Below, piece after piece: positions 13,302 to 27,507 of a stretch of DNA of 64,000 nt; positions within the stretch are counted from its first letter, which is position 1; each line of letters begins with the position of its first letter. The translations under genes and the position numbers were made by a program. Source of the DNA: Eledone cirrhosa (Eukaryota); assembly GCA_964016885.1 (NCBI GenBank), contig OZ024746.1, positions 14,136,001-14,200,000 of the forward strand, given 5' to 3'. The notes beneath the pieces are model-generated. The model ran no database searches and was not told the origin of the DNA. It saw only the letters and a list, made by a program, of their open reading frames with translations.

Positions 13302-13330
13302 GATTCTAATTATCAACAATTGTTTAAATT
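13203..13330. repeat. Perfect 128-bp palindrome centred on (TA)n
   Basis: AATTTAAACAATTGTTGATAATTAGAATCATATTA-(TA)n-TAATATGATTCTAATTATCAACAATTGTTTAAATT. Confidence 0.9.
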
Positions 13331-14147
13331 CATCAAATAACGAGCAACTGAACAAACTATATGAATGCGTCATCTCATGTCAAGAGAACAAGAGAACAAG
13401 AAAAGTTGTATTGTGTTCGAATGGAGGCTAGTTAGTGAAATTGGCAGTAAGAATAAATCAATCTAATTTACTAAGACATAAAGCAGAATCAAATTATAGT
13501 GCAATGTGCTTTAACTTAAAAGGTTGAAATTTGTCATTCACTGAAATATTTTCTGGTCTAATCAATCAGAACTTCTTGGTGTTTATTAGCTGCTACTGAA
13601 AGAGTTAATTATATGAAAGTGACTCCTATGATATAAATAGCTCCTCTGTATGACTCACTGCAAGAAATACTTATCAGTTCTCAGCAGCTGCCGATTCATG
13701 TCTTTCCACTTCAAACTGTATCTCCATCTTTCAATCAAAAGATAAAACTACTTTTACAAAGACAAATTCTAAAAATTGTATGAATTCCATCTCTTGACAC
13801 GCATTCGTTTGAATAATTTGTTAAAACATTTTAGCGTGATTAGCAGTATAAAATGGTACACGTTTAAATTGAAGCTCATATATTATTTCATATCTACAGA
13901 TAAGCGTTCTAACAGATGTGTCCGCTAAGTAGTCCGCTAAGCAGCACGTTGGATCACAGGCGGATAAAAACAAATGACGTCATTGAATATGCAGCAAATT
14001 AAGACATGATGAAGTTTTGTTTTGGTTCTATTTATAAGATGATATCAGTATGGAAATGAAGTTTGTTTAAAGGAACTCCCAGTGCAGTTTCAACTTAAGC
14101 ACCTTATATTCCTATTTGCTTGGAAGACAACTAACTTTCCTACACAC

Positions 14148-14260
<113 letters not shown>

Positions 14261-14329
14261 TGTATATATATATATATATATATATATGCACAGGCATATA
14301 TATATTAAATAGTAGCTTTCTTCATAAAA

Positions 14330-14692
14330 AGTGTATCCGCATCGAATTGGCCCTGTGCCATGGCTTGCACGTGTGTGAACCACACGAATTCTGTTATGGA
14401 GCCATGCTCGACGTGTTTAGACTGTCTCCTTGTCACAACAGTGCATGTCGGATCCTTCGACACACCACCTTCAATGACATCATCAGAAGGTTTGTCGGAT
14501 TCGACCGATGTGATGATGTTCAGCGCCCGGAATATTACTTTCACGCCCGAGAGAGGTAACTCACTAATGTGGGACACCATATGCTGCAAAGGTTTCCCGT
14601 TTCCAATCTTGTTGTTTCGGTCACAAACCTGTCACCGCTGCCTGTAACGCCGAAGAGCGAAAGATAAGCAAATACCGGGAATTATTATCAAA
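14330..14692 (+). mobile_element. CRE-like (RLE-type) non-LTR retrotransposon relic: zinc knuckle plus restriction-like endonuclease region
   Basis: GLHVCEPHEFCYGAMLD..CHNSACRILRHTTFNDIIRR..DRCDDVQRP / ITFTPERGNSLMWDTICC / AACNAEERKISKY across frameshifts matches the recalled GL.LCEPH.C.CG..C..SAGR..RH...NDII.R..D.KRPDG....RG..L.WD.TC..AAE..K..KY. Confidence 0.75.
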
Positions 14693-15502
14693 TGGTGCTG
14701 ATGCTCCGTACTAAAGAATATCAAAATGTAGATTACGACTGTAATAAATACATTGCAGTATTTAGTGACATTTATTTACCTTCTTCGTTCGACCCCTACT
14801 ACTGTTGATGCTATCTTTCATCTCTCCAGCATCGATAAAATAAGTTACTGTAATATAATGAGGTCCTATTCAGTCCATTATATGCTTCCCTAAGGTAGCA
14901 GTCGGTATGTTTTGGTTTATTTAACATAGTTTTTTTAAATGCTGGCATAATAAATGTGATATATAAAAGTCAACAATGTTTTAGCATAAGCCTATGCCGT
15001 AAATGGGTGTATACATATTTATGTAAAACTAGTAGATGACTATTGGAATTTGATGAGAGAACGACTGTACGAATATTATTTGGTATCACTTATCTTGGCA
15101 AAACAGTATGTTTTTGCTAGAATATTGGCATGTACTTACAGATAAACACATTGTTAAATGTAAATTTCTATGTAGATTATGAAAATTCCATTGAGCTTTC
15201 TCTTCCGAAAATATAAATTTAGTGTAAAATCAAATTAGTCTACGTAATGGTTGTTACCATGGTTGTCATGTGAAGCAATTCCTTTAGAGGGAACTAATAG
15301 CTATTCAATAAAATAATCTATTCCTATTATTCAGAAAAAAAAATCATTAAACCACCTTAATGATGTCTTCTAATGTCCTCTAAAACACGCAACAGACTGA
15401 AGCAGTGCAGACAGTCAACCTTGATTCCTTTAAAACATCACTTGTCACACAAACAGATTGAATAAACGACTACCAATAAACAGTATTATTAATATAGACA
15501 AC

Positions 15503-15685
15503 GGTGGATTGGCAGTATCGGTAGAGGGTCGGACGCCATGCTTTCCAGCATAGTTACGTCCCTTTACGATCTAAGTTCAAATCCCGCCGAGGTTGACTTT
15601 GCCTTTCATCCTTACGAGGTCGATAAAATAAAGTACCAGTAATGCACTGGGTAATCGCTGGCCTTGTGCCTAAAGTAGAAACAAG
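15503..15685 (+). mobile_element. SINE family A, full length
   Basis: 16-bp TSD TATTAATATAGACAAC at 15487-15502 and 15686-15701. Confidence 0.92.
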
Positions 15686-16611
15686 TATTAATATAGACAA
15701 CCATATTCTTTCCTGTTGCTCCTCCATACCATAAACCTAAACAAAATATAACTGAAATATATGGTTCTAATTTTTTATTCAGTAGTATTGACAGATGTTG
15801 TTTATATGCTTCTTATAGAAATTATGAAAGCTAGTACTTGTTATCAATCACTGCCACCAAACTACTGTTTTAACACACGTGGTACATAGTTATTTATTGT
15901 TAGAACCTAGACAAATATTATGTTCCCAACGACGATACATAAAATTTTATCTTCTCGTATGAATCAAGATTGTTTTCTTCGTCTCAGATGAAATATTCAG
16001 TAAAGATTATTATAACTAACAAGATTTTTAAGTGGGGTTATAATGGTGAGGGGTGCTTCACATATTAGATCACTCACACATTCTCTGTTATGAGATCGTC
16101 ATCGTATAATATTACAAATACGTAAGCAATCCCAAAAGGGAAACTCAGCAACCTGCTAAAAATAGCAACCAAACTGTCCTCAAATCTCAGATGTCTATCT
16201 CTATTATTGAAGAGCAGCAGCAGAGGATGTTGGCTTCCATGATGGATTGAGAGCCGAAAAATAGTTTTCTACTACGTATTCTTGGTCAAGATCATTCAAG
16301 CGCATACAAATGTCGTGGTCTGCTATTCAATAAAATTCTTCAAATATGTCAAACAGGTGAATGAATTTTCTACTTTAACACAGCCTGAAATAATTCACTC
16401 CAAGCAGGAACAGTACATCAAAACGAACGAGGATTTCTTTTTTGATGGGTGGATGTTTTTACCTTTCCTATTCGTGAAAAATAAAGTTGCATTCCAAGAT
16501 GAAAACAGCTGACGAGGTTACTTCACTATAGCTACTGTTACAGATCAAGCGCAGTAGCGTAGCCAATTGTGAGGTATAGATATATTTTGCTAGTATATAT
16601 ATATATATATA

Positions 16612-16826
16612 TCGATCGATTTTCGTCAAATCGGACCGAGGAAACAATGTTTCCATTGTTCTTTCCAGTTGTTAATACTATCTATCGGTCGCAACTCCAG
16701 GTAGAAGGAGCAACGTGAAATAAAGTGTCTTGCTCAAGGACATAACGCATCGCCTGATCCAGGAACCGAACTGATAACCTTACGATTGTGAATCCAATTC
16801 TCTAACCACTCAGCCACACGCCTTCA
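16612..16826 (-). mobile_element. tRNA-headed CORE-type SINE, family B, tail type 1
   Basis: Minus strand GGCGTGTGGCTGAGTGGTTAG..GTTCGGTTCC..TCCTTGAGCAAGACACTTTATTTCACGTTGCTCC; tail shared with 45978-46126. Confidence 0.82.
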
Positions 16827-16827
16827 A

Positions 16828-16966
<139 letters not shown>

Positions 16967-17049
16967 GTAAACAGAAATAACAAAACACAATCGGTACAGT
17001 ATATGGAAGGGATATATTAGGTTAACGCTTGATATAGAAGGAAGAGGGT

Positions 17050-17085
17050 CTTAACGTTTCGGACGCTAGTCCTTCATAAGATGAA
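17050..17085 (-). other. Degenerate hammerhead-like motif in a probable Penelope-like LTR remnant
   Basis: Minus strand CTTATGA-AGGAC-TAGC-GTCC-GAAA-CG-TT; core has G>T substitution. Confidence 0.45.
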
Positions 17086-17269
17086 AGAATGAGAAATAAG
17101 ATAGATTGAAGGGACGGGCGGGTTGGAATTGGAAAAAAATATCTTTAGATAAAAATAACAGGTCCATTCATGTTGACATCTCATATATATATATATATAT
17201 ATCGACGTACAAACACGCGTAAGTCTGTTCTATGTCGAAGGCTCATCAGGCCAGTGCTACATAGTTAGA

Positions 17270-17434
17270 TTAATTTCCCAGCTACTGTTGGTACTCACTC
17301 GGAGCTGAGTGAACTGGGGCAATGTGAAATAAAGTGTTTTGCTCAAGAAACTCATCGCAGCAGCATGTCCAGGATTTGAACCGATGACATTACAATCATA
17401 CCGCAAGCATCCTAACCATTAGGCCATACGCCTA
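17270..17434 (-). mobile_element. Older CORE-type SINE family B copy, tail type 3
   Basis: GTGAAATAAAGTGTTTTGCTCAAG..GGATTTGAACC..CTAACCATTAGGCCATACGCC. Confidence 0.75.
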
Positions 17435-19005
17435 CTCAAAAGCACGCGTACTTGCATAGTTTTCGTTATACACAGTACATTCGCAAACCCACACCAGAGA
17501 CACATTACAATAAATATATGGATTTTCACTTATCTAATATTTGCAGTTTCGTGATTCAACAAGGGGGTCATATAGTTTCAAAACAAAAGTTGCCGCATCG
17601 TGATTAGCGGAGAATATGAAAATGTTCATCGCTACAGTTCTGTGTTCGTGACGCAAGAATTTTGCCAGATTATAGAAACATGCTGCGTTACGTTTATGTT
17701 GTCATGACGCCGGATAGCTGTTCCAATATTGGCAGCTTTCCACCATCAATTATATAGGATAAACAATCTAAATTCCAAATGTTTAAGTTAGAATTTTTTT
17801 ACCATTCAACTGTATAGAGCCTTGAAATTGTATCGAAGTCCATTTGACCTCTAGCCATTTCTCACGTCCTGTACAATTCCATTGACCAATCTGGCAACCT
17901 ATGTTTTGCATGAATATTACATATCAAACGTGCTTGTAATATTATTCAAACACCTCAAATCTTACTGAACCTCAGTTACAAAACACATTCGAGTGAGTGG
18001 TTTATCTCTATAGAGGCAGATTAATGATAGTATTAATCATATTATTTGCAAATGAATGATAACATACAAACATATACAATATATAGAGAAGGAAAAGTAA
18101 AGATAGACAAGGAAGTAGATGGGATGTTATGAATATTTCAGCACCATATAAATTATCAGGCAAACAGTCTACGCATGTCTACACATTCACACATATAACA
18201 ACGAAACCATTCATTATCATCATATATTTTGTAACTAACCTCGGTCTTTACAATGATGTATTGTAAAGCGTCTCTTCTGAAACAGACCACTCCTTATAGT
18301 ATGGAAATATTAGCATCTCTAGAAACACACTTCATTTGTGTATGAAGAACATTTATAGACAAACCATGACACTATCAAAATAAGGAATAATATTTTACAG
18401 TTACCTAAATATTTTTTTTCATTCATTATAGAAAAGTATTTGCCTGGGGTCCGATTCTGTATATGTATCTCACCCTTAATCATAGGAGAATTTATAAAAG
18501 CGTCCCGAACTTTACTGCATTTTAATTACAGGTATGTGTATTTAAAATACCAAAGTGATTAAAACATTCAAACATTATCTGATTAAGCACTCAATACTTT
18601 CGGGTAGTGTATATTTTATTTTCTATGTAGAAGCGCTGCAATGACATCCAAATTTTGTTTGCCAAGAAGGAACTACTTAACAACTCGTGACTTCGTGCAA
18701 ACACCAGACTTACAAGACTTTCCTCAATTTCAGACCCCCTACACGATTCAGGAGGGTAAAACTATTTCCCAACATTTATAATACACACCCACACTGGCAC
18801 ATACAACACTAAATACGCACAGTGCACACACACACAAGCAAACATGACTCTACCTAAATGCTACCAGAAGATTCGACAAAGTCACCCAGAATCAGTACCA
18901 AGATAGACATCCAACACATACGCATGCACACGCACTTGCGCACACTGGGACACGAACACACACACATACCATTACACAACACTATATATATATGTTTGTG
19001 TGCAC

Positions 19006-19077
<72 letters not shown>

Positions 19078-19718
19078 GTCTCTGTCTCTGTCTCTGTGTC
19101 AGTGTGTGTGTGTGCGTATTTAGTTCAACATCAAAGAAAGACAAATACAGAGGTACAATTATACGAAGTCTTTTTAGCTCAAACTTTATCCTCCCGGCTG
19201 AAAGCAATGTTGGCGAATACATCCTGTTTACTCATACGTAAAACCTACGATTTTTCAGTCATCCATATACAAGTAACGTTCTAGTCAAAAGCATATGATA
19301 ATGCAATACGATGAGTGAAAGCTTTACTCTCATTAGTAGCCAAAAGGCAACGTATGAAAGCTCGCTTCTCGTTACGTAATACATCTCTCACTTTCATCTT
19401 AGAATATCACATTAAATCAATATACTAATAAGTTCGGTTTCAAAGCCCGTAGAAACATCTGTATCTTAAAGACATCGAAATGTTCGAGGAGAACGTTATG
19501 AAATATATTTTTTAAATGAATGTTCATAATTGCACAAACAGATTCAAAAGTGATTTACAATAATATCTGCAGTCCATGCTAAGTTACAGCAAGGAAAATT
19601 ATGAAGAAGATTAATAGGAATATGCACAAAAGATTAATAGATAATCCGACAGATACAAACCAGCCCTAAGCACAAGATGAGACGAGGGAGCTATTAAGTT
19701 TACAGATCATTACTACTA

Positions 19719-20713
<995 letters not shown>

Positions 20714-20717
<4 letters not shown>

Positions 20718-20904
20718 AACAAGTAAGACCCCGACGGCTGAGCTGAAGCCGTTTCGACGGCTAATTCACTCCAGAATTAGCCGTCGAAACGGCTTGAGCT
20801 CAGCCGTCGGGGTCTTACTTGTTCCTATTACCCACTCTACTACCCTAAGTATTGAGTACTTTGGTGCGTTATGGTCCACCTGGTTCCTTACCACATTTCC
20901 TTCG

Positions 20905-20908
<4 letters not shown>
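20714..20908. mobile_element. Fold-back element family H, copy 2
   Basis: 54-bp inverted arms 20714-20767/20774-20827 (1 mismatch) plus the same tail as copy 1; flanked by (TA)n. Confidence 0.8.
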
Positions 20909-20957
<49 letters not shown>

Positions 20958-20959
<2 letters not shown>

Positions 20960-21055
20960 AAAATGTTTAACCTCGACGGCAGAGCTCAAGCCGTGTCGAC
21001 GGCTATTTCTGGTGCGTTATGGCCCATCTGGTTCCTTATCACACCTCCTTCGTTA
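20958..21055. mobile_element. Family H, copy 3, internally deleted
   Basis: Left arm joined to the tail at the TCTGG microhomology. Confidence 0.75.
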
Positions 21056-21218
21056 TATATAAAAAAGAAAATCGCTCTACATGGCTGAATACAATAAATG
21101 TAATTTGAGTTTTTCCAATATTAATAATAACATTCCAATTATGCAAACAAGCCTCAATTTTATAGCCATGTCTGTAGAATGAACCCTTCATTCTTGCTCT
21201 TGTGTTGGCATGCGAACA

Positions 21219-21268
21219 GAACTGCAGACACTAATGTTTCTGGGTATCACCCTTCATCAGTACAGCTC
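21219..21268 (-). ncRNA. Minimal hammerhead ribozyme motif (family Q)
   Basis: Minus strand GAGCTGTA-CTGATGA-AGGGTGATACCCA-GAAA-CATTAGTG-TC-TGCAGTTC. Confidence 0.65.
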
Positions 21269-21433
21269 ACTGTTCACCTGTCAAACTGTCAAAGCTAGTG
21301 AAAATATATGCTAATATGCAGATCTGACTGATCAGCTAGTCTGCTAATATGCAAATCAGGCCGATCAGCCACTGTTTATTGTTTTAAATAGCATATATGT
21401 TCAGTAGCTCTGACAGTTTGGCAGGTGAAGAGT

Positions 21434-21483
21434 GAGCTGTACTGATGAAGGGTGAAACCCAGAAACATTAGTGTCTGCAGTTC
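21434..21483 (+). ncRNA. Minimal hammerhead ribozyme motif (family Q)
   Basis: GAGCTGTA-CTGATGA-AGGGTGAAACCCA-GAAA-CATTAGTG-TC-TGCAGTTC; 8-bp stem I with GU pairs, GUC triplet. Confidence 0.65.
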
Positions 21484-21674
21484 TGTTCACATGCCAACAC
21501 AAGAGCAAGAATGATGGGTTCATTCTACTGACATGGCTATAAAATTTAGGCTTATTTGCATAATTGCAAACAAATCGAATGTTATTATTAATATTCGAAA
21601 AGCTCAGATTACATTTATTATATATATATTTATTTATATAGTCTAGTACTGAGTGACATCTGCTGTACTCGGGC

Positions 21675-21730
21675 CTGGGCAGGGATGGGCCCCGCCAGGC
21701 TTAAAATGCCCACGAAACGCTGTATGTCAG
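21675..21730 (+). repeat. Unclassified dispersed repeat, homologous to 59436-59487 (minus)
   Basis: GGGATGGGCCCCGCCAGGCTTAAAATGCCCACGAAACGCTGTATGTCA vs GGGATGGGCTCCGCCAAGTATAAAGTGCCCAAGACATGGCGTATGTCA. Confidence 0.6.
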
Positions 21731-21939
21731 GCGCCTCTACGGCACTTACATGGCCATACATACATTAAGCAAACAATTCCGCTTTCAGTTTTCGTGGGAT
21801 CATCTACGCACAGTAAGGTCAATATGCAGATGATATACGTCATAATTTGGCAAAAACGCGCGTAACAGATCGATACACAATAAATAAAACTAAATGCATC
21901 TAAACGAAACTTCATCATTTTTCGTAATATATATATGTT

Positions 21940-22052
<113 letters not shown>

Positions 22053-23505
22053 TGTACGTATATATATATGTATGTATTTACTCATGTATGTGGTACCTGG
22101 ATTTGATCGTTCAAGATCGTAGCTCCAGTGCGTCTTATAAATGTTGAGACGAAGAGATAAATGTTTTAAAAGCTTTCTCTTTGTCTTAGTAATATCATCC
22201 CACTGATATGAGACAGTGAACAATATATAATCGGCAATCCTCGTTATTAATTGCATATAAAGCAATCACATCTTTCATCTTAGAGTATTTTCTCTGTTCA
22301 GAAGCATTTGGTTGGATGATTTTAGAATCGACTACAATTGTTATTGCAATATACCAGTCTTGTCTTTTTTGTTTGTATTTTCAGATGAATAGAGATTGAT
22401 GGAATTTGATTAATACTTCTTTGAATCCTGCACAATATTAAAGTTTTCATCGATTATTTGATGACTTGAAACATATCCAGAAACGTTCTCGGTGATAGTG
22501 AGATGAAATGTTTAAATACAAAAGTTTAGAGGAAATAATATTCTATACTTTTCGATTATTATTTCTCAAAGTTAAACGGAATGGAAAATATTGCCATTGG
22601 AATTTTGCACAAATCTAAATTATGTCGCAAATAATCACTAATAACAAGATTTCTTGTGTAATCTCAAGATGACGATGAATAATATAATATACTTTCAGTG
22701 ATATTAATTATACACAAATAACCTTTCAAGGGTATACAGATACTGTTTATTATCAGTAGCAACTTTAGAATAGCTGTAATAATACAGCCAGCAACAAACA
22801 TAAACTCACCACATTTTACAGTCACTAGTTATATACTTTTTATCTCTTCTAGCAAATTAGTATTTTTATGAGTTGTTTTCATGACAAATGGTGTGTTTTA
22901 TACTCTTTAACACTTGTTCCATCCTGACGAACACACAAAATTTCTGTTACTTTAAAAGTTACTTGCAGCTTGTATAAAATCTTGCTACATAGATATTTAT
23001 CTATGAAATGAACTTTGCTTTCCATCCTCTTTCATATATAAATAACAACAAGAATGAATGCATTACATACTATTAAAAGAGACACATATTACTAAATTTG
23101 TTTGTTTCTACAAAGAAGAACCTTACTGTACATTGATGTACAGTAATTACATCTAAAATGCAGGCATAAAAATATATAAAATAATCGCTTACTCAGCATA
23201 TACGAATCTTCTTTTATAAGACATTCTAGCATGTGATTATATATATATATATATATATATAAATGAAGTAATTCCGTCGGAAAGGTCCAGGAAAAAAGAG
23301 TGCTCTATGTAGGTTACATAAGATAATTATTTCATTTACCAGTGAAAGCAAACAAAATTTGCTTTCAGTCATCAGAATGAAAAATTCCTGGTGTATTTAT
23401 TGACAGTGGATTTTAAAAACAAAAATATAATCTATATGAAAGTGAGGCTGGGAAAGGAAGGGGGAAAGAAAAAAGAATAAATATAAAAGTAGATAAACAC
23501 ACACG

Positions 23506-23663
<158 letters not shown>

Positions 23664-23938
23664 TACACATACATACACATACATATATACATACATATAA
23701 AATATATATATATATATTATAAAAATGTTTAAGCTTGTTGAATCCCAATAAATTAAATATAACTTCTGCATATATATATAATCATACATACACATACACA
23801 TAAATACACAAACACACACACATATATATATACATATATATATATATATAATATCTCCACTATCCATGAAGCTCCAACCGTTAAGGTTGTCTTTTTTCAG
23901 GGTATGTCAATATTTATTTATAAAACAAATCTGTATTG

Positions 23939-24004
23939 TATTTTATCTGATGAAAGCGCACCATAATTTCCCTTGGTGGCCCTTGAAATATGTATAATAA
24001 AATA
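23939..24004 (+). ncRNA. Minimal hammerhead ribozyme motif (family P)
   Basis: TATTTTAT-CTGATGA-AAGCGCACCA..TGGTGGCCCTT-GAAA-TATGTA-TA-ATAAAATA. Confidence 0.72.
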
Positions 24005-24044
24005 AATATGGTTTTATAAATATAGTTTCCATTTGTTAATATAT

Positions 24045-24128
<84 letters not shown>

Positions 24129-24553
24129 CACACACAAAATCATACATATATACACACGTACATACACACACATACATACACACATATATACACGCAAACA
24201 TACGTACACACATATATAGATATATGTACAACACACACCTACATACGCACACACACAATTAATTATAAGAAAAAATAAAAAAACAATGAACAACCCTATA
24301 ATGCAAATAGGCCGTCACATAAAAATAAAAAAATATACGACTTAAGAGAATAAAAATTATTATAAAGTTGACAGCGATACAGGAAAGGACACACATAAAT
24401 AAACAAACACACGTGGTAAGCAATACACACATTTACACATACACATACATACACATGTGACGGCCTATTGCATTATATGGTTGTTCATTGTTTTTTTATT
24501 TATATATATTTGATATATATGTATATATGTATGTGTATGTGTATATATGTGTG

Positions 24554-24602
<49 letters not shown>

Positions 24603-24605
24603 ATG

Positions 24606-24678
<73 letters not shown>

Positions 24679-24800
24679 ATGTGTGTTCATCTACTTTTAT
24701 ATTTATTCTTTTTCCTTTCCTCCTTCCTTTTCCAGCCTCACTTTCATATAGATTATATTTTTGTTTTTAAAATCCACTGTCAATAAATACACCAGGATTT

Positions 24801-24861
24801 TTTCATTCTGATGACTGAAAGCAAATTTTGTTTGCTTTCAAGAAACCACTGGTAAATGAAA
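24801..24861 (+). ncRNA. Minimal hammerhead ribozyme motif (family R)
   Basis: TTTCATT-CTGATGA-C-TGAAAGCAAA-TTTTG-TTTGCTTTCA-A-GAAA-CCACTGG-TA-AATGAAA; perfect 7-bp stem I, 10-bp stem II, GUA triplet. Confidence 0.78.
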
Positions 24862-24902
24862 TAATTATCTTATGTTGTTTATTACATAACTATATATATA
24901 TA

Positions 24903-24955
<53 letters not shown>

Positions 24956-26091
24956 AGACACATATCTCCTTGACAAACAGCCCAGTGTTTGTTTTCTTCG
25001 CCTATTCGCCTGTTCTGTAGTTTCATTAGAATCTGGTCATTATTTCTACAACTAGGACATTAATAAACTCCAGTGAGGCGGGCACCTCTTTATGATGGAG
25101 TTCTAAAACCTCGCTTGTCTTTTGTTTGAGTTTTCCCAAAGGTTTACATTATCTCATTATCGTGAGGCAATGAATTGCAATTATTGCCGTGAATCCTATT
25201 ATCGACTTCGTTATACGGTGTTGATAGAGTTGTATCACTTAATTCTCTTTCGTGGAACCACATTGGAGCTAGATTTAAGACTGGTGCTGTTCTAGCTGCA
25301 GTTCTTTTCACCCCTTCCATGCTCTGCGAGTTTTGTTGTTGTTGTTCCTTCTGTTTCTTCTCATTTTCAATGTTTGGTCAAAAAATCTTTTATACTATCA
25401 CATATGTAACACATATATGAAAAGGGACGTAGCCATGCTTTTTTGGCTTTTATCCCCTATATAAGAAACAAAATAAATGTGATTATTTTATATTTCCAGA
25501 AATCCTTGCAATGTTAAAGAGATAATGTATTTGAAAAGCAACACGAAACCTAGTTGTCTCTCAATTAACAACATAGAGCAACGTAGCAAAATTATATTAG
25601 GTGTCTATAAACTGACGTACTAAGGCTTCAGTGACATTACTTCTAAATATCAACTGTAATAAGATAAATTGATAAAAAAATAATTAAATAGTTTTGGTAA
25701 AGCTATATAATTTTAATCTTAATCGTTTTGTAGAACTGCGATAGAGCAAACACGTAAGAAAATTAGATAAAATTCCACTGAAAAAAATATATATTTTTAT
25801 GAAATTTAATGTTTAATCACAGATTAGCATTTATGTCTTTTGCCAAAAAGAAAACAAAAATTACAGCTTTAATGAAAACGTAAGCAGTAAAATTTTATCC
25901 AAATTTAAAAGGTATTGAAATTAATCTATCTTCGGTATATAGAAAGTTACAGATCTAAGGTTGCGCTTTTAAATTCTGTTAACCAAATGTTTATACAATT
26001 TAACTTAGAATATATGCCAGTAATAGGGTAGCAACAAAATTATGTGTAACTCTGTCTCTCTTATTTCACCTATCTCGCTATACATATATAC

Positions 26092-26195
<104 letters not shown>

Positions 26196-26737
26196 GTGTG
26201 TGTGTGTGTGTGTGTGTAATGTATATAAAAGTATATGCTATATGTTTCTATACAATAAACATATAAAAGCCTCGTTATCAAAGAAATTATTTTTTACCTC
26301 TTTTGCCCTGTAAACACGCCATATATCAGTAGCAATCGAGAATGTCAGAATGCGGTGTTTCAAGGTTCATTAATCTCTCATCAATGACATTTTCATGTCA
26401 ACCGGTATTGACAAGAAAATAGACTAGAGTCTACATAAATGTTGCAGGATGAACATTTACTGGAGATGCAAATAGAAAACATCGAGTGGAAATGCTCATT
26501 TACATGTAGTGCGAACTTGGTAGGTTATAATTTATTAGCAGTAGCACTAAGTATATGAAAACATATACTATATGTTTATATACAATAAATATAAGAGAGC
26601 CTCGCTATCAAAGAGTTAATATTTTTTTCATTACGAAAAAGTTATTTTTCACTCTTTTGCTTTGCGAACACGACACTCCTTCCAATATCGGTATAGCTTT
26701 GTCTAACATAGCCAAGAACTGGGCACTAGAGAAAATA

Positions 26738-26950
26738 CTTCTTTCTAACATGGGCACAAGGCCAGCAATTTGAGGAAATAGAAATGTTGATTATATCGAC
26801 CTAATACTTTACTGGTATCTTATTTTATTGACATCCGAAGGATGAAAAGCAAAGTTTACCTCGGTGGGATTTGAACTCAGATCATTTAAGAACTTAAAGA
26901 TATACTGCTACACATCTGTCCGACGCTGTAACGACTCTGCCAATCCATTG
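26738..26950 (-). mobile_element. Older, longer SINE family A variant
   Basis: More diverged; carries an extra ~30-bp segment before the tail. Confidence 0.82.
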
Positions 26951-27318
26951 CTCTACTAGTAACAACAATAATATTAACAACAGCAACAACTAGCACAGTG
27001 TCCCTATAATTGATATCTATAAAAACAGTAGCAACAATTATTGTAATATTCTTTCAGTTACTCATTGGATGACAAATAATTTTTGTATATAAACGTTGGG
27101 CCTCTACTGGGCAAACCGTCTAACATTGACAACTCCTGTCTTGCATTTAAGAAGACAAATTCTGCAAATGAGTTTCAACAATTTATTTAGATATTTTGAA
27201 TATGTTAGCTGACTTATAGGCCATAACTAATGATTATGCCACCCTAACTCGAATTTCTCTCATAAATTTCTTAATAATGTATATTTGTTGGCAGCTGCAT
27301 GTTTTTAAAATCGCAGAT

Positions 27319-27507
27319 TATGATTATGCTAATACATCTTATGATTATGCTAATACGTCGTATGATTATGCTAATACATCTTATGATCATGCTAATACAT
27401 CTTATGATTATGCTAATACATCTTATGATTATGCTAATACATCTTATGATTATGCTAATACATCTTATGATTATGCTAATACATCTTATAATTATGCTAA
27501 AACACCT
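27319..27507. repeat. 21-bp minisatellite x9 (TATGATTATGCTAATACATCT)
   Basis: Directly visible; gives the YDYANTS repeat ORF. Confidence 0.95.

Larger units (their letters stand above)
21093..21619. mobile_element. Long inverted repeat (arms 21093-21313 / 21389-21619), each arm with a hammerhead motif
   Basis: ~220-bp arms with scattered mismatches and a 75-bp spacer. Confidence 0.85.

Noticed and set aside
14305-14641. Minus-strand ORF/exon with apparent splice signals
   Set aside because: Better explained as the antisense of the plus-strand CRE-like relic
17662-17897. 10-bp inverted match TTGCCAGATT/AATCTGGCAA suggesting a MITE
   Set aside because: Short, no TSD, could be chance
22140-22500. 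Possible decayed Penelope GIY-YIG fragment (minus strand, [13 protein letters not shown])
   Set aside because: Similarity too weak to support by eye; needs tBLASTn
26222-26675. Diverged local direct duplication (~26222-26320 vs ~26550-26675); a similar one at ~45010 vs ~45640
   Set aside because: Real but ordinary old duplications with no further structure
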